64,000 nucleotides of DNA from Candidatus Aenigmatarchaeota archaeon (GTDB taxonomy: Archaea; Aenigmatarchaeota; Aenigmatarchaeia; QMZP01; QMZT01), in NCBI GenBank assembly GCA_026397315.1, contig JAPLVC010000001.1, positions 149,111 through 213,110 on the forward strand. Reading direction: 5' to 3'. The translations under genes were made by a program, and so were the position numbers. The notes under the pieces were generated by a model. That model made no database searches. It was not told the DNA's origin and saw nothing but the letters and a program-made list of their open reading frames with translations. Below are positions 8,564 through 18,186 of the stretch, in pieces; positions within the stretch are counted from its first letter, which is position 1; each line of letters opens with the position of its first letter.

Positions 8564-9150
8564 GTCTTATGAAGCGGAACAAGTGGTATAAAATTTTACT
8601 CAAGGAAGCCGAAATGTATTTGAAAAAAGCACCAAAAGTTTCGCCAGTGCACAAATCCGATCACCTGAAAAGGGTCTGGAAGAGGTCGGAGATCCTGTGC
8701 AAGAGTCTGAACTGCGATCCTGATGTCATGGTTGCGGCATGCCTTCTTCATGATCTTGGAAGGCATCACGGGCTCGAAATACACGGAAGGAAATCAGCCG
8801 AACTCGCAAAGCCCATACTTGAAAGGCATAACTTTCCCAGGGACAAAATACCCAAAGTCCTGGATGCGATAGCTCAGCATGACTATAATTTTCCGCCTGC
8901 CGAAAGAAAATCAATAGAGTCCAAGATTCTTTACGATGCCGACAAAATGGACGCTTTCGGAACAGTGGGCATTTACAGGCACTTGCTATTCATTGAGGCG
9001 GGCAGGATAAGGATGAACGAGGTCATTCCACTGCTAGAAAAAAGATGGACTGGTTTAACGCTGATTGAAAGCAGAAAAATCGCAAAGGAGGATTACGAAT
9101 ACACAGTTAACTTTTTTAAAAGCTTGCAAAAAGAATTGAAGGAGGCATGA
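8560..9150 (+). CDS. HD-domain metal-dependent phosphohydrolase
   Basis: The HD motif LLHDLGR and a downstream D (YDADKMD) are present. 196 aa. Located inside the mevalonate operon. Confidence 0.75.
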   Translation: MSLMKRNKWYKILLKEAEMYLKKAPKVSPVHKSDHLKRVWKRSEILCKSLNCDPDVMVAACLLHDLGRHHGLEIHGRKSAELAKPILERHNFPRDKIPKVLDAIAQHDYNFPPAERKSIESKILYDADKMDAFGTVGIYRHLLFIEAGRIRMNEVIPLLEKRWTGLTLIESRKIAKEDYEYTVNFFKSLQKELKEA

Positions 9151-9153
9151 ATT

Positions 9154-10335
9154 ATGTATCTCACTAAAGAACAGGAGAATATGCTTAATGGCGGGCACGG
9201 CGAAGTCGTCGAAAGGCAAATGCGGCTGCTTGTGCGGCTCGGCGAAATATACAAGGCCGACAAGATGATAGACGTCGGCTCCGTGCAGGTCGCCGGCGTT
9301 TCATACAAGTCGATAGGCGACCCGGGTCTCGAGTTCCTCGAGGATATTGCTCACAAAGGAGCGAAGGTCAAGGTCCTGACTTTTTTGAATCCCGCGGGTA
9401 TGGACATGGAGAACTGGAGGGAAATAGGCTTCCCCGAAAGCTTCGCGACGATGCAGAAGAAGGTTATGGACGCGTTCGAGCAGATGGGCATCGTCATGTC
9501 AGCGACATGCACGCCATATCTCGCCGGCAACCTGCCTCGCTTCCGCGAGCACATCGCATGGTCCGAGAGCTCGGCTGTTTCATTTTCCAATTCAGTAATT
9601 GGTGCAAGGACGAACCGTGAAGGCGGACCGTCCGCACTGGCGGCTGCGATATGCGGCTTCACTCCGAACTACGGCCTGCACCTCGACGAGAACAGGAAGC
9701 CCCACATGCTCGTGAAAGTCGACGCGAAGCTGGAATACAACTCGGATTTCGGCGCGCTCGGCTACCACGTAGGCAAGATCGCCGGCAGCAAGATTCCTTA
9801 TTTCACCGGCATAAAGAACGCGAACACCGACAATCTCAAAGCGCTCGGCGCTGCGATGGCGGCCAGCGGGGCTGTCGCTCTCTATCATGCGGAAGGTCTT
9901 ACGCCAGAAGCGAGCACGATGGAAACGAAAGGCCTCGAGATCATAGAGGTCGGCGAGAAGGAGCTGAAAGAAGCGTATGCGAAACTCAACACGGGCAAGG
10001 ACCCGGACCTCGTCGTCGTGGGATGCCCGCACGCATCGCTCAGGGAGATAATAACAATCGCGAAAAAAATCGATGGCAAGCACCTGAAAAAGCCGTTCTG
10101 GATATGCACCTCGCGCGTCATGAAGGACGCTGCGACGCGCATGGGCCTGACGGCAACGATAGAGAAAGCAGGCGGAAAAATCGTGGCTGATACGTGCATG
10201 GTCGTCTCGCCCATCGAGGAAATGGGCTTCAAGACGACCGGAGTCGACTCTGGAAAAGCGGGAAACTATCTTCCCGGCTTCTGCAAGCAGAGCGTCGTGT
10301 TCAAGAACATAGACGATCTGATAAAATCCGGATGA
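9154..10335 (+). CDS. aconitase-X-type dehydratase, large subunit (putative phosphomevalonate dehydratase, DUF521)
   Basis: 393 aa with MYLTKEQENMLNGGHGE...VGSVQVAGVSYK, typical of the AcnX catalytic subunit. It is followed directly by the small swivel subunit. Confidence 0.8.
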   Translation: MYLTKEQENMLNGGHGEVVERQMRLLVRLGEIYKADKMIDVGSVQVAGVSYKSIGDPGLEFLEDIAHKGAKVKVLTFLNPAGMDMENWREIGFPESFATMQKKVMDAFEQMGIVMSATCTPYLAGNLPRFREHIAWSESSAVSFSNSVIGARTNREGGPSALAAAICGFTPNYGLHLDENRKPHMLVKVDAKLEYNSDFGALGYHVGKIAGSKIPYFTGIKNANTDNLKALGAAMAASGAVALYHAEGLTPEASTMETKGLEIIEVGEKELKEAYAKLNTGKDPDLVVVGCPHASLREIITIAKKIDGKHLKKPFWICTSRVMKDAATRMGLTATIEKAGGKIVADTCMVVSPIEEMGFKTTGVDSGKAGNYLPGFCKQSVVFKNIDDLIKSG

Positions 10336-10384
10336 CGACTTGAATTTATGTTCAAGGTCGTCTTTCGAAGGAAATGGTGATGTC

Positions 10385-10783
10385 ATGACGAAAGAAGTTA
10401 TGAAAGGAAGAAGCATTTCGCCTGGGAAAGCGGAAGGCGAAGCGATAGTTTCGAAGACGCCGCTCGGATTCTACGGCGGCATCGATGCAAAAACGGGCAT
10501 CGTCATCGAGAAGGGTCATGAGCTTGAGGGAAAGAACGTCAAAGATAAGATTCTCGTTTTCCCCACAGGCAAGGGCTCGACGGTCGGCTCTTACGTCATA
10601 TATGGACTGAAAAAGAACGGCGTCGCTCCCAAGGCGATAATCAACAAGGAGACGGAAACCATCGTCGCTACGGGCGTGATTCTCGCCGACATACCGTGCG
10701 TCGACCAGATAGACATAGAGAAGCTGAACACGGGCGACAGGCTGAAAGTCGACGCAACGAAGGGAACGGTAGAGCATGCGTGA
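10385..10783 (+). CDS. aconitase-X-type dehydratase, small subunit (DUF126)
   Basis: MTKEVMKGRSISPGKAEGEAIVSK...LVFPTGKGSTVGSYVIYGL. The start is chosen at the ATG after GGTGA. Confidence 0.75.
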   Translation: MTKEVMKGRSISPGKAEGEAIVSKTPLGFYGGIDAKTGIVIEKGHELEGKNVKDKILVFPTGKGSTVGSYVIYGLKKNGVAPKAIINKETETIVATGVILADIPCVDQIDIEKLNTGDRLKVDATKGTVEHA

Positions 10784-11348
10784 CGCTTCAGAAAAGGAAA
10801 GAATCATAGTCGGCATTTCAGGCAGTTCATGCGCCATCCTTGGCGTGCGCTTTCTCGAGGTCGCAAAAAAGCTCGGCTTGGAGACGCATCTCGTCATAAG
10901 CGAGACTGCTGAGAAAATCATAGAGCACGAAACCGGTCGCAAGGTCAGCGACGTCAGAAAGCTCGCGACTAAAGCTTATGGCTACCGCGACCTTTTCGCT
11001 GCGATAGCGTCCGGCTCTTTTCAGACGAAGGGCATGGTCATAATACCGTGCAGCATGAAAACGCTAGCAGGCGTTGCCAGCGGTTATTCCGACAACCTGA
11101 TGTTACGGGCGGCGGACGTTTGTCTTAAAGAACGGCGAAAGCTGGTGCTGGTCGCGCGCGAGACGCCTCTGAGCCTGATACACATCGAGAACATGAAACG
11201 CGTTACGCTCGCTGGAGGCGTAATCCTGCCACCTGTCATGACGCTCTATGCGAAACAGAAAAGCATAGAAGACCTTACGAATCACGTAATCGGCAAGACG
11301 CTCGACGTGCTCGGCATCGACAACAAGGTTTACAACAGGTGGAGCTAG
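10776..11348 (+). CDS. ubiX: flavin prenyltransferase UbiX
   Basis: IIVGISGSS...LVISETAEKII...MVIIPCSMKTLAG...SDNLMLRAADVCLKERRKLVLVARETP. Confidence 0.85.
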   Translation: MRDASEKERIIVGISGSSCAILGVRFLEVAKKLGLETHLVISETAEKIIEHETGRKVSDVRKLATKAYGYRDLFAAIASGSFQTKGMVIIPCSMKTLAGVASGYSDNLMLRAADVCLKERRKLVLVARETPLSLIHIENMKRVTLAGGVILPPVMTLYAKQKSIEDLTNHVIGKTLDVLGIDNKVYNRWS

Positions 11349-11383
11349 AGACGCTTTTTAAGCCAAAAACGGAATTGATATTC

Positions 11384-12163
11384 ATGAAAAACCTGATATT
11401 CGTCAAGCTTGGCGGCTCGCTGATAACCGACAAGTCGAGGCCATACACCGCAAGGCATGATGTAATCAGAAGGCTATGCAGAGAAATACATGAAGCACGC
11501 TCGGACAAGGATTTCCCGCTGCTCGTCGGCCACGGCGGCGGCAGCTTCCCGCACGTATCCGCGAAGAAATACGAGACGCACAAAGGCGCTATTCGCAGCG
11601 ACAGCTGGGAAGGCTTCGCGAAAGTCCAGGACGACGCCGCGCGCCTGAACAGGATAGTCGTCTCGTCGCTCATGGAAGCGGACGAATACGCGGTTTCGAT
11701 ACAGCCGTCAGCATCGTGCTCGGCAAGGAATGATCGTATTATCAAATGGCACATGACGCCCATAGAAGTCGCGCTCTCAAAGGGTCTCATACCCGTGCCG
11801 CACGGCGACGTGTGCGTCGACGATGTGAAAGGATGCTGCATCATATCCACGGAAGAGATACTGGGCTTCCTAGCGAGAAAGCTCAGGCCAGAGCGCATAA
11901 TCATGGCAGGCAAGACCGACGGAGTGCTGGGCCCGCTGGGAGAGACGATAAAGCGGATTGACAGGAAAAATTACGCGGAGATTATCGACTCGCTCTCCTC
12001 GTCGGACGGCGTCGCGGACGTGACCGGCGGCATGGCGCAGAAAGTGAAGATGTCGCTAGCGATGGGTTGCGAAGTCGAAATAATAAACGGCCTCAAACCA
12101 GGCGAGCTGAAAAGAGCGCTGCTCGGGGAGAGAGGATTGGGAACTATAATTAGCGGAAAATGA
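11384..12163 (+). CDS. ipk: isopentenyl phosphate kinase (amino-acid kinase fold)
   Basis: LIFVKLGGSLITDK...LLVGHGGGSFPH. The start was moved to MKNLIF. Confidence 0.85.
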   Translation: MKNLIFVKLGGSLITDKSRPYTARHDVIRRLCREIHEARSDKDFPLLVGHGGGSFPHVSAKKYETHKGAIRSDSWEGFAKVQDDAARLNRIVVSSLMEADEYAVSIQPSASCSARNDRIIKWHMTPIEVALSKGLIPVPHGDVCVDDVKGCCIISTEEILGFLARKLRPERIIMAGKTDGVLGPLGETIKRIDRKNYAEIIDSLSSSDGVADVTGGMAQKVKMSLAMGCEVEIINGLKPGELKRALLGERGLGTIISGK

Positions 12164-13182
12164 TTGTTATGTCTTCTGACAAAAAATCCGTCACCAAGTC
12201 GCGCAAGGACGATCACATACGCATATGTCTCGAGAAAAACGTCGAGTTCGCGAAGTCGAACGGCTTCGACCGCGTCGAGCTGGAGCACAGCGCGCTGCCG
12301 GAGATTGAGAGAAGCGACATCGATTTGTCCACCAGATTCATGGGAAAGAAGTTCCGCTACCCGCTTTTCATAGAGGCGATAACAGGAGGAACGGCACAGG
12401 GCGAGCGCATAAACAAGAATCTCGCTGCTGCGGCAGAAGCGCTTGGAATTGGAATGGGCGTCGGCTCGCAGCGCGCGATGTTGGAGGACGCGAAAGCTAC
12501 GAGAACGTATTCTGTTCGCGACGTCGCGCCCAGCATTTTTCTTCTCGGCAACATAGGCGCGGCGCAACTGAGGAAATACGATACGTCTCGTGTGCTGGCG
12601 CTGGTCGACGCGATAAAGGCCGACGGGCTAGCGATTCATCTCAACGTCGCGCAGGAACTCGCTCAGAAAGAAGGGGATAAATCATGGAAAGGCGTTTTCG
12701 ACGACATAAAGGCGCTGTGCGCCAAATCGAAAGTTCCGATAATCGCTAAAGAAACCGGCTGCGGCATTTCGGGAAAGCTGTCTGAAGCGCTCGTATCAGC
12801 GGGTGTGAAGGCGATAGACATCGCGGGCGCGGGCGGCACGTCGTGGGTCAAGGTCGACAGCCATCGGACTGACGATGATGTGAGTCACATCGAGGAATGG
12901 GGCATCCCGACGGCGCGGGCGCTGAAGGACGTGGCTGGTTCGGTCGAAGTTCCGATAATCGCTTCCGGCGGCATACGCAACGGCGTCGAGGTCGCTAAGG
13001 CGATAGCGATGGGAGCTTCGCTGGTCGGAATGGCGCTGCCGCTGCTGAAACCAGCGACCGAGTCGTCTGAAAGCGTGAGAAAGCACCTGGAAAAAATAAT
13101 TTCACAACTGGAAGACGCGATGTTCCTTGTCGGCGCGAGGAACGTGTCCGAGCTGAAGAAAGTGAAAGTACTTTACGCATGA
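12160..13182 (+). CDS. fni: isopentenyl-diphosphate delta-isomerase, type 2 (FMN-dependent)
   Basis: RKDDHIRICL, PLFIEAITGG, a TIM-barrel FMN-binding C-terminus (IIASGGIRNGVEVAKAIAMGA). Confidence 0.85.
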   Translation: MIVMSSDKKSVTKSRKDDHIRICLEKNVEFAKSNGFDRVELEHSALPEIERSDIDLSTRFMGKKFRYPLFIEAITGGTAQGERINKNLAAAAEALGIGMGVGSQRAMLEDAKATRTYSVRDVAPSIFLLGNIGAAQLRKYDTSRVLALVDAIKADGLAIHLNVAQELAQKEGDKSWKGVFDDIKALCAKSKVPIIAKETGCGISGKLSEALVSAGVKAIDIAGAGGTSWVKVDSHRTDDDVSHIEEWGIPTARALKDVAGSVEVPIIASGGIRNGVEVAKAIAMGASLVGMALPLLKPATESSESVRKHLEKIISQLEDAMFLVGARNVSELKKVKVLYA

Positions 13183-13208
13183 CTCTCTGGTTCTGAAGTA
13201 GATAATAT

Positions 13209-13595
13209 TCAGGCGCTTGTGAACCTGTATCTTCTGGGGGCGAACCTGCCGTTCACACCCGAAAATCCACATCTCTGACAGGTCATCTTGTAAAGGATTT
13301 TCCTGCCCTTGAGGTTCTTCGTGTAAATCTTTTTGAGCCCGCCGTAGCATGACGGGCACTTGTCCATCTTGCCGCCCATGCGCGTTTCAGTGATGATTTT
13401 AGTGCCGGGTATCTTGGAGAAAATGCTGCGCAGGCGGACGCTCGAAACAGAAAGCCTTGAGTCGACCATCTTCAGGCGCATGTTGACGAGGTCAGTGAAC
13501 TCGCGCAGGGAGGCGATTTCTTTATGTTTCTGCATGACCTCTTTTATGACGAAAAGTATGACGTCCTTGTTGGGGACTTTCGCGCCGTCTTTCAT
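13209..13595 (-). CDS. hypothetical protein with a C-terminal zinc ribbon (CPSC...CQRC)
   Basis: 128 aa. Four Cys lie in two CxxC pairs near the C-terminus. Confidence 0.5.
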   Translation of the reverse strand: MKDGAKVPNKDVILFVIKEVMQKHKEIASLREFTDLVNMRLKMVDSRLSVSSVRLRSIFSKIPGTKIITETRMGGKMDKCPSCYGGLKKIYTKNLKGRKILYKMTCQRCGFSGVNGRFAPRRYRFTSA

Positions 13596-13628
13596 GCTTA
13601 ACTTTTGAAGCCGGGATTTTTAAGACTT

Positions 13629-13928
13629 TCAGAAGCGGTGTAGTTGCCTTTTCAGGTCGATTTTGCCGTTCCTTAGCGTTATGCCGTCCTTCCTGAGAAG
13701 CTGCGCTTTCGTTTTCACGCCGCCGCGGCCTGAGTAGCCGCCGAGCGAGCCGTCGGAGCGCACGACCTTGTAGCACGGCGTTTTTACAGGATCGGGGTTG
13801 TGTTTCATGAACATCGCTATCGCTCTCGGGTGCGTTCCGGCCGCTTTAGCGAGCGCTCCGTATGTCGTTATTTTGCCTCGTGGCACCCGCCTCAGCAACG
13901 AGTATACAATCTCCATTTTCGAAGCCAT
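13629..13928 (-). CDS. MGMT-family DNA-binding protein (O6-alkylguanine-DNA alkyltransferase C-terminal domain-like)
   Basis: GKITTYGALA...PCYKVV...LL; a ~95-aa single-domain form. Confidence 0.7.
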   Translation of the reverse strand: MASKMEIVYSLLRRVPRGKITTYGALAKAAGTHPRAIAMFMKHNPDPVKTPCYKVVRSDGSLGGYSGRGGVKTKAQLLRKDGITLRNGKIDLKRQLHRF

Positions 13929-13990
13929 GTTTAAACTTCTTTAATTTAGAATATATATGCCCCAATCCAAATTATTTAAATTGAGGAATT

Positions 13991-14551
13991 ATGCTGAAAG
14001 CCCAGAGCACGAAGGACGGAATAGAGAAGGGCGACGCGGAAAAAGCCATAAAGGAAAACGAGATTATCCTGTTCCTGCTGCCCAACCAGAGCTACTCCGA
14101 CAAGATAAAAGTCGTCGCCGGCGCGGCCGCAAAGACCGGCCAAAGGATATGCTACGTGGCGGCTAACAAGCCTTCAGAAGTACTCTCAAAGGATTTCGAC
14201 AAGAACAAGATCGATATAGCCAAGTTCTATTTCGTGGACTGTGTCACCAAAAGCCTCAAGAATAGCGAGAAAGTCGTCTACGTCTCGTCGCCTAAAGCGC
14301 TCACAGAGATAAACATAGCGCTGAAAAAGATGATAGAGTCGTCTAAAGCGGATATGACGCTTTTCGACTCGCTTTCCACGCTTCTCATATACGAGGACTC
14401 GCACGTCGTCATACGCTTCGTCCACTCGATAATATCGGCTTTCAGGACCATGAAGTCGAAAGGTATTCTAATATCTCTCAAGGAAGAGACGCAGAGCGAG
14501 CTGATAAAAGATTTGAATATGTTCGTTGACAAGGTAGTAGAGTTGGGTTAG
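13991..14551 (+). CDS. KaiC/RecA-like domain protein lacking a Walker A motif (pseudo-ATPase)
   Basis: The RecA-fold layout (..ICYVAANKPSEV...FVDCVT...LFDSLSTLLIY...GILISL) is kept, but the P-loop is replaced by LPNQSYSDK. A paralog sits at 24008..24577. Confidence 0.55.
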   Translation: MLKAQSTKDGIEKGDAEKAIKENEIILFLLPNQSYSDKIKVVAGAAAKTGQRICYVAANKPSEVLSKDFDKNKIDIAKFYFVDCVTKSLKNSEKVVYVSSPKALTEINIALKKMIESSKADMTLFDSLSTLLIYEDSHVVIRFVHSIISAFRTMKSKGILISLKEETQSELIKDLNMFVDKVVELG

Positions 14552-14565
14552 CTGCTGGTGTGTTA

Positions 14566-17500
14566 ATGGCGGTCGGGGTAAAGGGTAAAAAACAAAAGTT
14601 TAGCTGCGGGGATGCATTGCTGGAAAAAATCAGGCAATGCGCTCCCATAGTTGACGTTTTCCCCGACATAGCTTATTTTAAGGACCTGGATCACAGGAAC
14701 GTTTTCATAAACAAGGCATTCGAGAAATTTGCCGGCCGCAAAAAGAGCGATATCGAAGGTAAGCGCGACGACGAGATTCTGCCGAAGGAGCTGGCACGCC
14801 AGTGCATGAAAAGCGACGACGCCGTCAGGAACGGGAAGCCCGTGCACACCGATGAGGCGCTCACGGACAAAGACGGCAAGACTGCATTCTTCGACACCAT
14901 GAAATTCCCCCTGAGGGACGGGGAAGGCCGGATAATAGGCCTCATGGGCATAAGCCGCGAAATCACCGAAAAGAAGCGCGATGAGCATGAGCTCAGGGAA
15001 AGCGAGGCTTCATACAGAGCCATAGCCGACAACATCCCGGGCATTGTTTACAGGATTCATCTCGAGGGTGAAAAAAGCTTCACGGAATTTTTCAACGAGA
15101 ACGTGCAGACGCTTGCAGGTTATCCGCCGGAGAAGCTCAGTGGCGGCAGGTGCCCGATGGATCCGCTAATAGTCAGCGAAGACAGAAAAAATGTGATAGA
15201 GACCATCGCAAATGCGATAAAGAAAGGGCAGCCGTTCAAGGTGGAATATCGCATAAAGAACAAGAAAGGCGATATCCGCTACTTCGCGGAAAGGGGCAGG
15301 CCCATATTTGACGAGAAAATGAAAGCCGAGCACATAGACGGCGTCATTTTTGACGTGACCCAGAGCAAAAAGGCCGACGACGCCTTCAGAAACGTCATGG
15401 ACCAATACAAGTATCTCTATGATGAAAGCCCCGCCGTCAACATAATAGTCGGCAACAACGGCAAAATAATGGACATAAACAGGAAATCTGCGCAGGCGAT
15501 AGGATACAAAAAAGAAGAACTCGTAGGCAAAAGTATTTTCGACCTGATGACTGCGTCCGATATAAAGAAAGCACTGACAGTCCTTAAAGACAGTATCATG
15601 AACAAGTACACACCAGAGATGGAGCTGGCTATAAAATCAAAAGACGGTTCTATAAGAAGGCTGCTTCTTTCCGAAGGCGGCACGCCAATTTACGATAAAG
15701 GGAAAGCTGTCGGAGTGCTGGTCACGGGCATGGACATAACGGAACGCAAGAAAGCGGAAGAGTTGACAAGGCAAAACGAGGAAAAATACAGGAGTATAAT
15801 CGAGCTGGCTCCGGATGGCATAATCTCCGTGAGCCTGAAAGGAACGGTGACAGCGTGCAATTCGGCCTTCGAAAAACTCACCGGATATTCAAAGGAGGAG
15901 ATTGTAGGCAAGCATTTCACCAGTCTCCCGACCATCAACAAGAAGGACATGCCGAGCTACATAAAATTGTTCACTTCCATCATCAGGGGTAAAATTCCGG
16001 AGTCATTCAAGTTCGAATGGAAACACAAAAACGGCTCCTTGCACATGGGCGAAATCCGCGTTGGCCTGATGAAAAGCGGTAACAAAATAACCGGAATGCA
16101 GGCATTCATAAGTGACATAACAGAAAGATTGATGGTAGAAAAAAGGGCTAAGGAGGACGAAGATAAATACAAGTTCCTGGTCGACAGTATGCAGGAGATA
16201 GCAATTATTCTCAGCAAAACCGGAACGATACTGTTCGCCAACAGGTCTGCCCTTGAAACGCTGGGCTATACTGAAGAGGAGGTTATAGGCAAATCCATCG
16301 TTTCTTTCCTCACGAAAGGCTCGCTCAAGAAAGCCTTATATGCGCTCGCGCAGGAATTCCTCGGCAAACATCAGGAGGAGATGGAAGTCGAGGTCAAAAA
16401 CAAAAAAAGCGAGATAAGGACTTTGCTGATTGCCGAGTCATCAAACCCCATTCACAAAGACGGGAAAATGATCGGGATTCTGGTGAACGCCCGCGACATC
16501 ACTGAGCAGAAAAAGACCAATGAATTGCGCAGGGAAAGCGGGGAACAATTCAGAAAGCTCTTCAACGAGATGCCAGACGCCGTCATCATCCTTGACAAGA
16601 AGGGGACGTTGCTTGAAATGAGCAAAGAAGCTGAAAAGATAAGCGGCTATCCGAGGAATGAATTGATAGGCAGAAACATCTTCGCCACACGTATCCTTGA
16701 CATGAAGACGAAGGCGCTCACTATCAGAAAACTGGCCCTGCATTTTTCCGGCGAAAGTGTTCTGCCATTCGAAGTCAAAATCTACAGGAAAGATGGTGGC
16801 ACCGTCCCGCTTGAAATAAAGCCGCAGATGATTGATTACATGGGAAAGGAGGCTGACCTCATAGCTCTCAGGGACCTCACCGAACGCAAGATAGCTGAGG
16901 CTGCAGTCAGCGAGAACGAGGAAAGGTATAGGATACAGTTCGAAGAGGCGCTGGACACTATTGTAATAGCCAACGCGAAAACAGGCATAATAGTTGACTG
17001 CAACCGCGCAGCAACACAGTTGGTCGGGAGAGACAAGTCGGAGCTTATCGGGCAGCATCAAAGAATACTCCATCCGCCAGAAGATACCAAAGGTCAGTTC
17101 AGCGAGACATTCAAAAAACACATAAGCGTTGCCAAAGGCCAACCATTGGAAGCGCGGATTATCACCAAAAGCGGGGAAATAAAGTTCGTTACCATAAAGG
17201 CCAACCTGATTGAAATGAGGGGTGAAAAATTAATTCAGGGAATATTCAGGGACATTACCGAATGGAAAAGAGTGGAAAACGAGTTGAGAAAGAGTGATGA
17301 ACGCTTCAGGCAGATCACCGAAAATGCTTACGAGTGGGTATGGGAAGTTGACACCAACGGTGTGTATACCTATTCGAACACCATAATTGAAAGGATACTT
17401 GGCTACACATCTGATGAGCTTGTTGGTAAGGTACATTTTTACGATTTATTTGCTCCCGATGTGAAAGAGCAGTTAAAGAAAGCGGCCCTTGAAACCTTCG

Positions 17501-18183
17501 CCAAAAAACAACCTATCAGGGGGTTTATAAACCAGAACCTGCACAAGAACGGCAATATGATCATACTTGAAACGAATTGTGCGCCGATCCTTGATGAAAA
17601 AGGCCGCCTCTTGGGCTACCGTGGCGCTGATACGGACATCACCGAACGCAAAAAGACGGAAGATATTATCAAAGAAAGCGAAAGCAGATACAAGCTGATG
17701 GCCGAGCAAACAGGGCAGGTAATTTATGATTATGAGATTGCATCCGGCGCCATTAAATGGTCCGGGGCGATAATGAATATCACCGGTTACACGCCAGAAG
17801 GGTTGCAAAAAATGGGTATAAAAGAATGGGGGGAATCAATCCATCCGGATGATTCCAAGAATGTCTCGGAACTCCTAGACAAAGCAATTAAGCAATGTAC
17901 GAAATTCGACAGTGAATACAGATTCATGCGTAAGGATGGCAGTTACGTGTACGTCGAGGATAGGGGCATCGTGCTAAAAGATGCGAAAGGTAAGCCATAC
18001 CGCATGCTCGGTACCATGAAAGACATTACTTACAGGAAAAAGGCGGATGATGAAATAAAAAATAGGACAGAGGAACTCGAGCGCTTCAACCGTCTCGCCG
18101 TCGGCAGGGAGTTGAAAATGATCGAGCTTAAAAACAGGATTGAGGATCTGGAAAAAAAGCTCAGGGAAAATAAGGATGCATGA
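14566..18183 (+). CDS. multi-PAS/PAC sensor protein without a recognisable output domain
   Basis: About 1200 aa of repeated PAS-PAC units (repeated DITERKKAEE / DITEQKK junctions). The C-terminus is a coiled coil ending ELERFNRLAVGRELKMIELKNRIEDLEKKL. No HisKA or HATPase domain is seen. Confidence 0.8.
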   Translation: MAVGVKGKKQKFSCGDALLEKIRQCAPIVDVFPDIAYFKDLDHRNVFINKAFEKFAGRKKSDIEGKRDDEILPKELARQCMKSDDAVRNGKPVHTDEALTDKDGKTAFFDTMKFPLRDGEGRIIGLMGISREITEKKRDEHELRESEASYRAIADNIPGIVYRIHLEGEKSFTEFFNENVQTLAGYPPEKLSGGRCPMDPLIVSEDRKNVIETIANAIKKGQPFKVEYRIKNKKGDIRYFAERGRPIFDEKMKAEHIDGVIFDVTQSKKADDAFRNVMDQYKYLYDESPAVNIIVGNNGKIMDINRKSAQAIGYKKEELVGKSIFDLMTASDIKKALTVLKDSIMNKYTPEMELAIKSKDGSIRRLLLSEGGTPIYDKGKAVGVLVTGMDITERKKAEELTRQNEEKYRSIIELAPDGIISVSLKGTVTACNSAFEKLTGYSKEEIVGKHFTSLPTINKKDMPSYIKLFTSIIRGKIPESFKFEWKHKNGSLHMGEIRVGLMKSGNKITGMQAFISDITERLMVEKRAKEDEDKYKFLVDSMQEIAIILSKTGTILFANRSALETLGYTEEEVIGKSIVSFLTKGSLKKALYALAQEFLGKHQEEMEVEVKNKKSEIRTLLIAESSNPIHKDGKMIGILVNARDITEQKKTNELRRESGEQFRKLFNEMPDAVIILDKKGTLLEMSKEAEKISGYPRNELIGRNIFATRILDMKTKALTIRKLALHFSGESVLPFEVKIYRKDGGTVPLEIKPQMIDYMGKEADLIALRDLTERKIAEAAVSENEERYRIQFEEALDTIVIANAKTGIIVDCNRAATQLVGRDKSELIGQHQRILHPPEDTKGQFSETFKKHISVAKGQPLEARIITKSGEIKFVTIKANLIEMRGEKLIQGIFRDITEWKRVENELRKSDERFRQITENAYEWVWEVDTNGVYTYSNTIIERILGYTSDELVGKVHFYDLFAPDVKEQLKKAALETFAKKQPIRGFINQNLHKNGNMIILETNCAPILDEKGRLLGYRGADTDITERKKTEDIIKESESRYKLMAEQTGQVIYDYEIASGAIKWSGAIMNITGYTPEGLQKMGIKEWGESIHPDDSKNVSELLDKAIKQCTKFDSEYRFMRKDGSYVYVEDRGIVLKDAKGKPYRMLGTMKDITYRKKADDEIKNRTEELERFNRLAVGRELKMIELKNRIEDLEKKLRENKDA

Positions 18184-18186
18184 ATA

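Noticed and set aside
9592-10416. 274-aa minus-strand ORF antisense to the dehydratase large-subunit gene (similar cases: 25011..26084, 31350..32135, 48305..49267, 60203..61276, 7061..7750)
   Set aside because: These are long shadow ORFs inside GC-rich, strongly supported genes on the opposite strand. Their products are Arg/His/Ala-rich low-complexity sequence, typical of antisense frames, and none has an independent domain signal.
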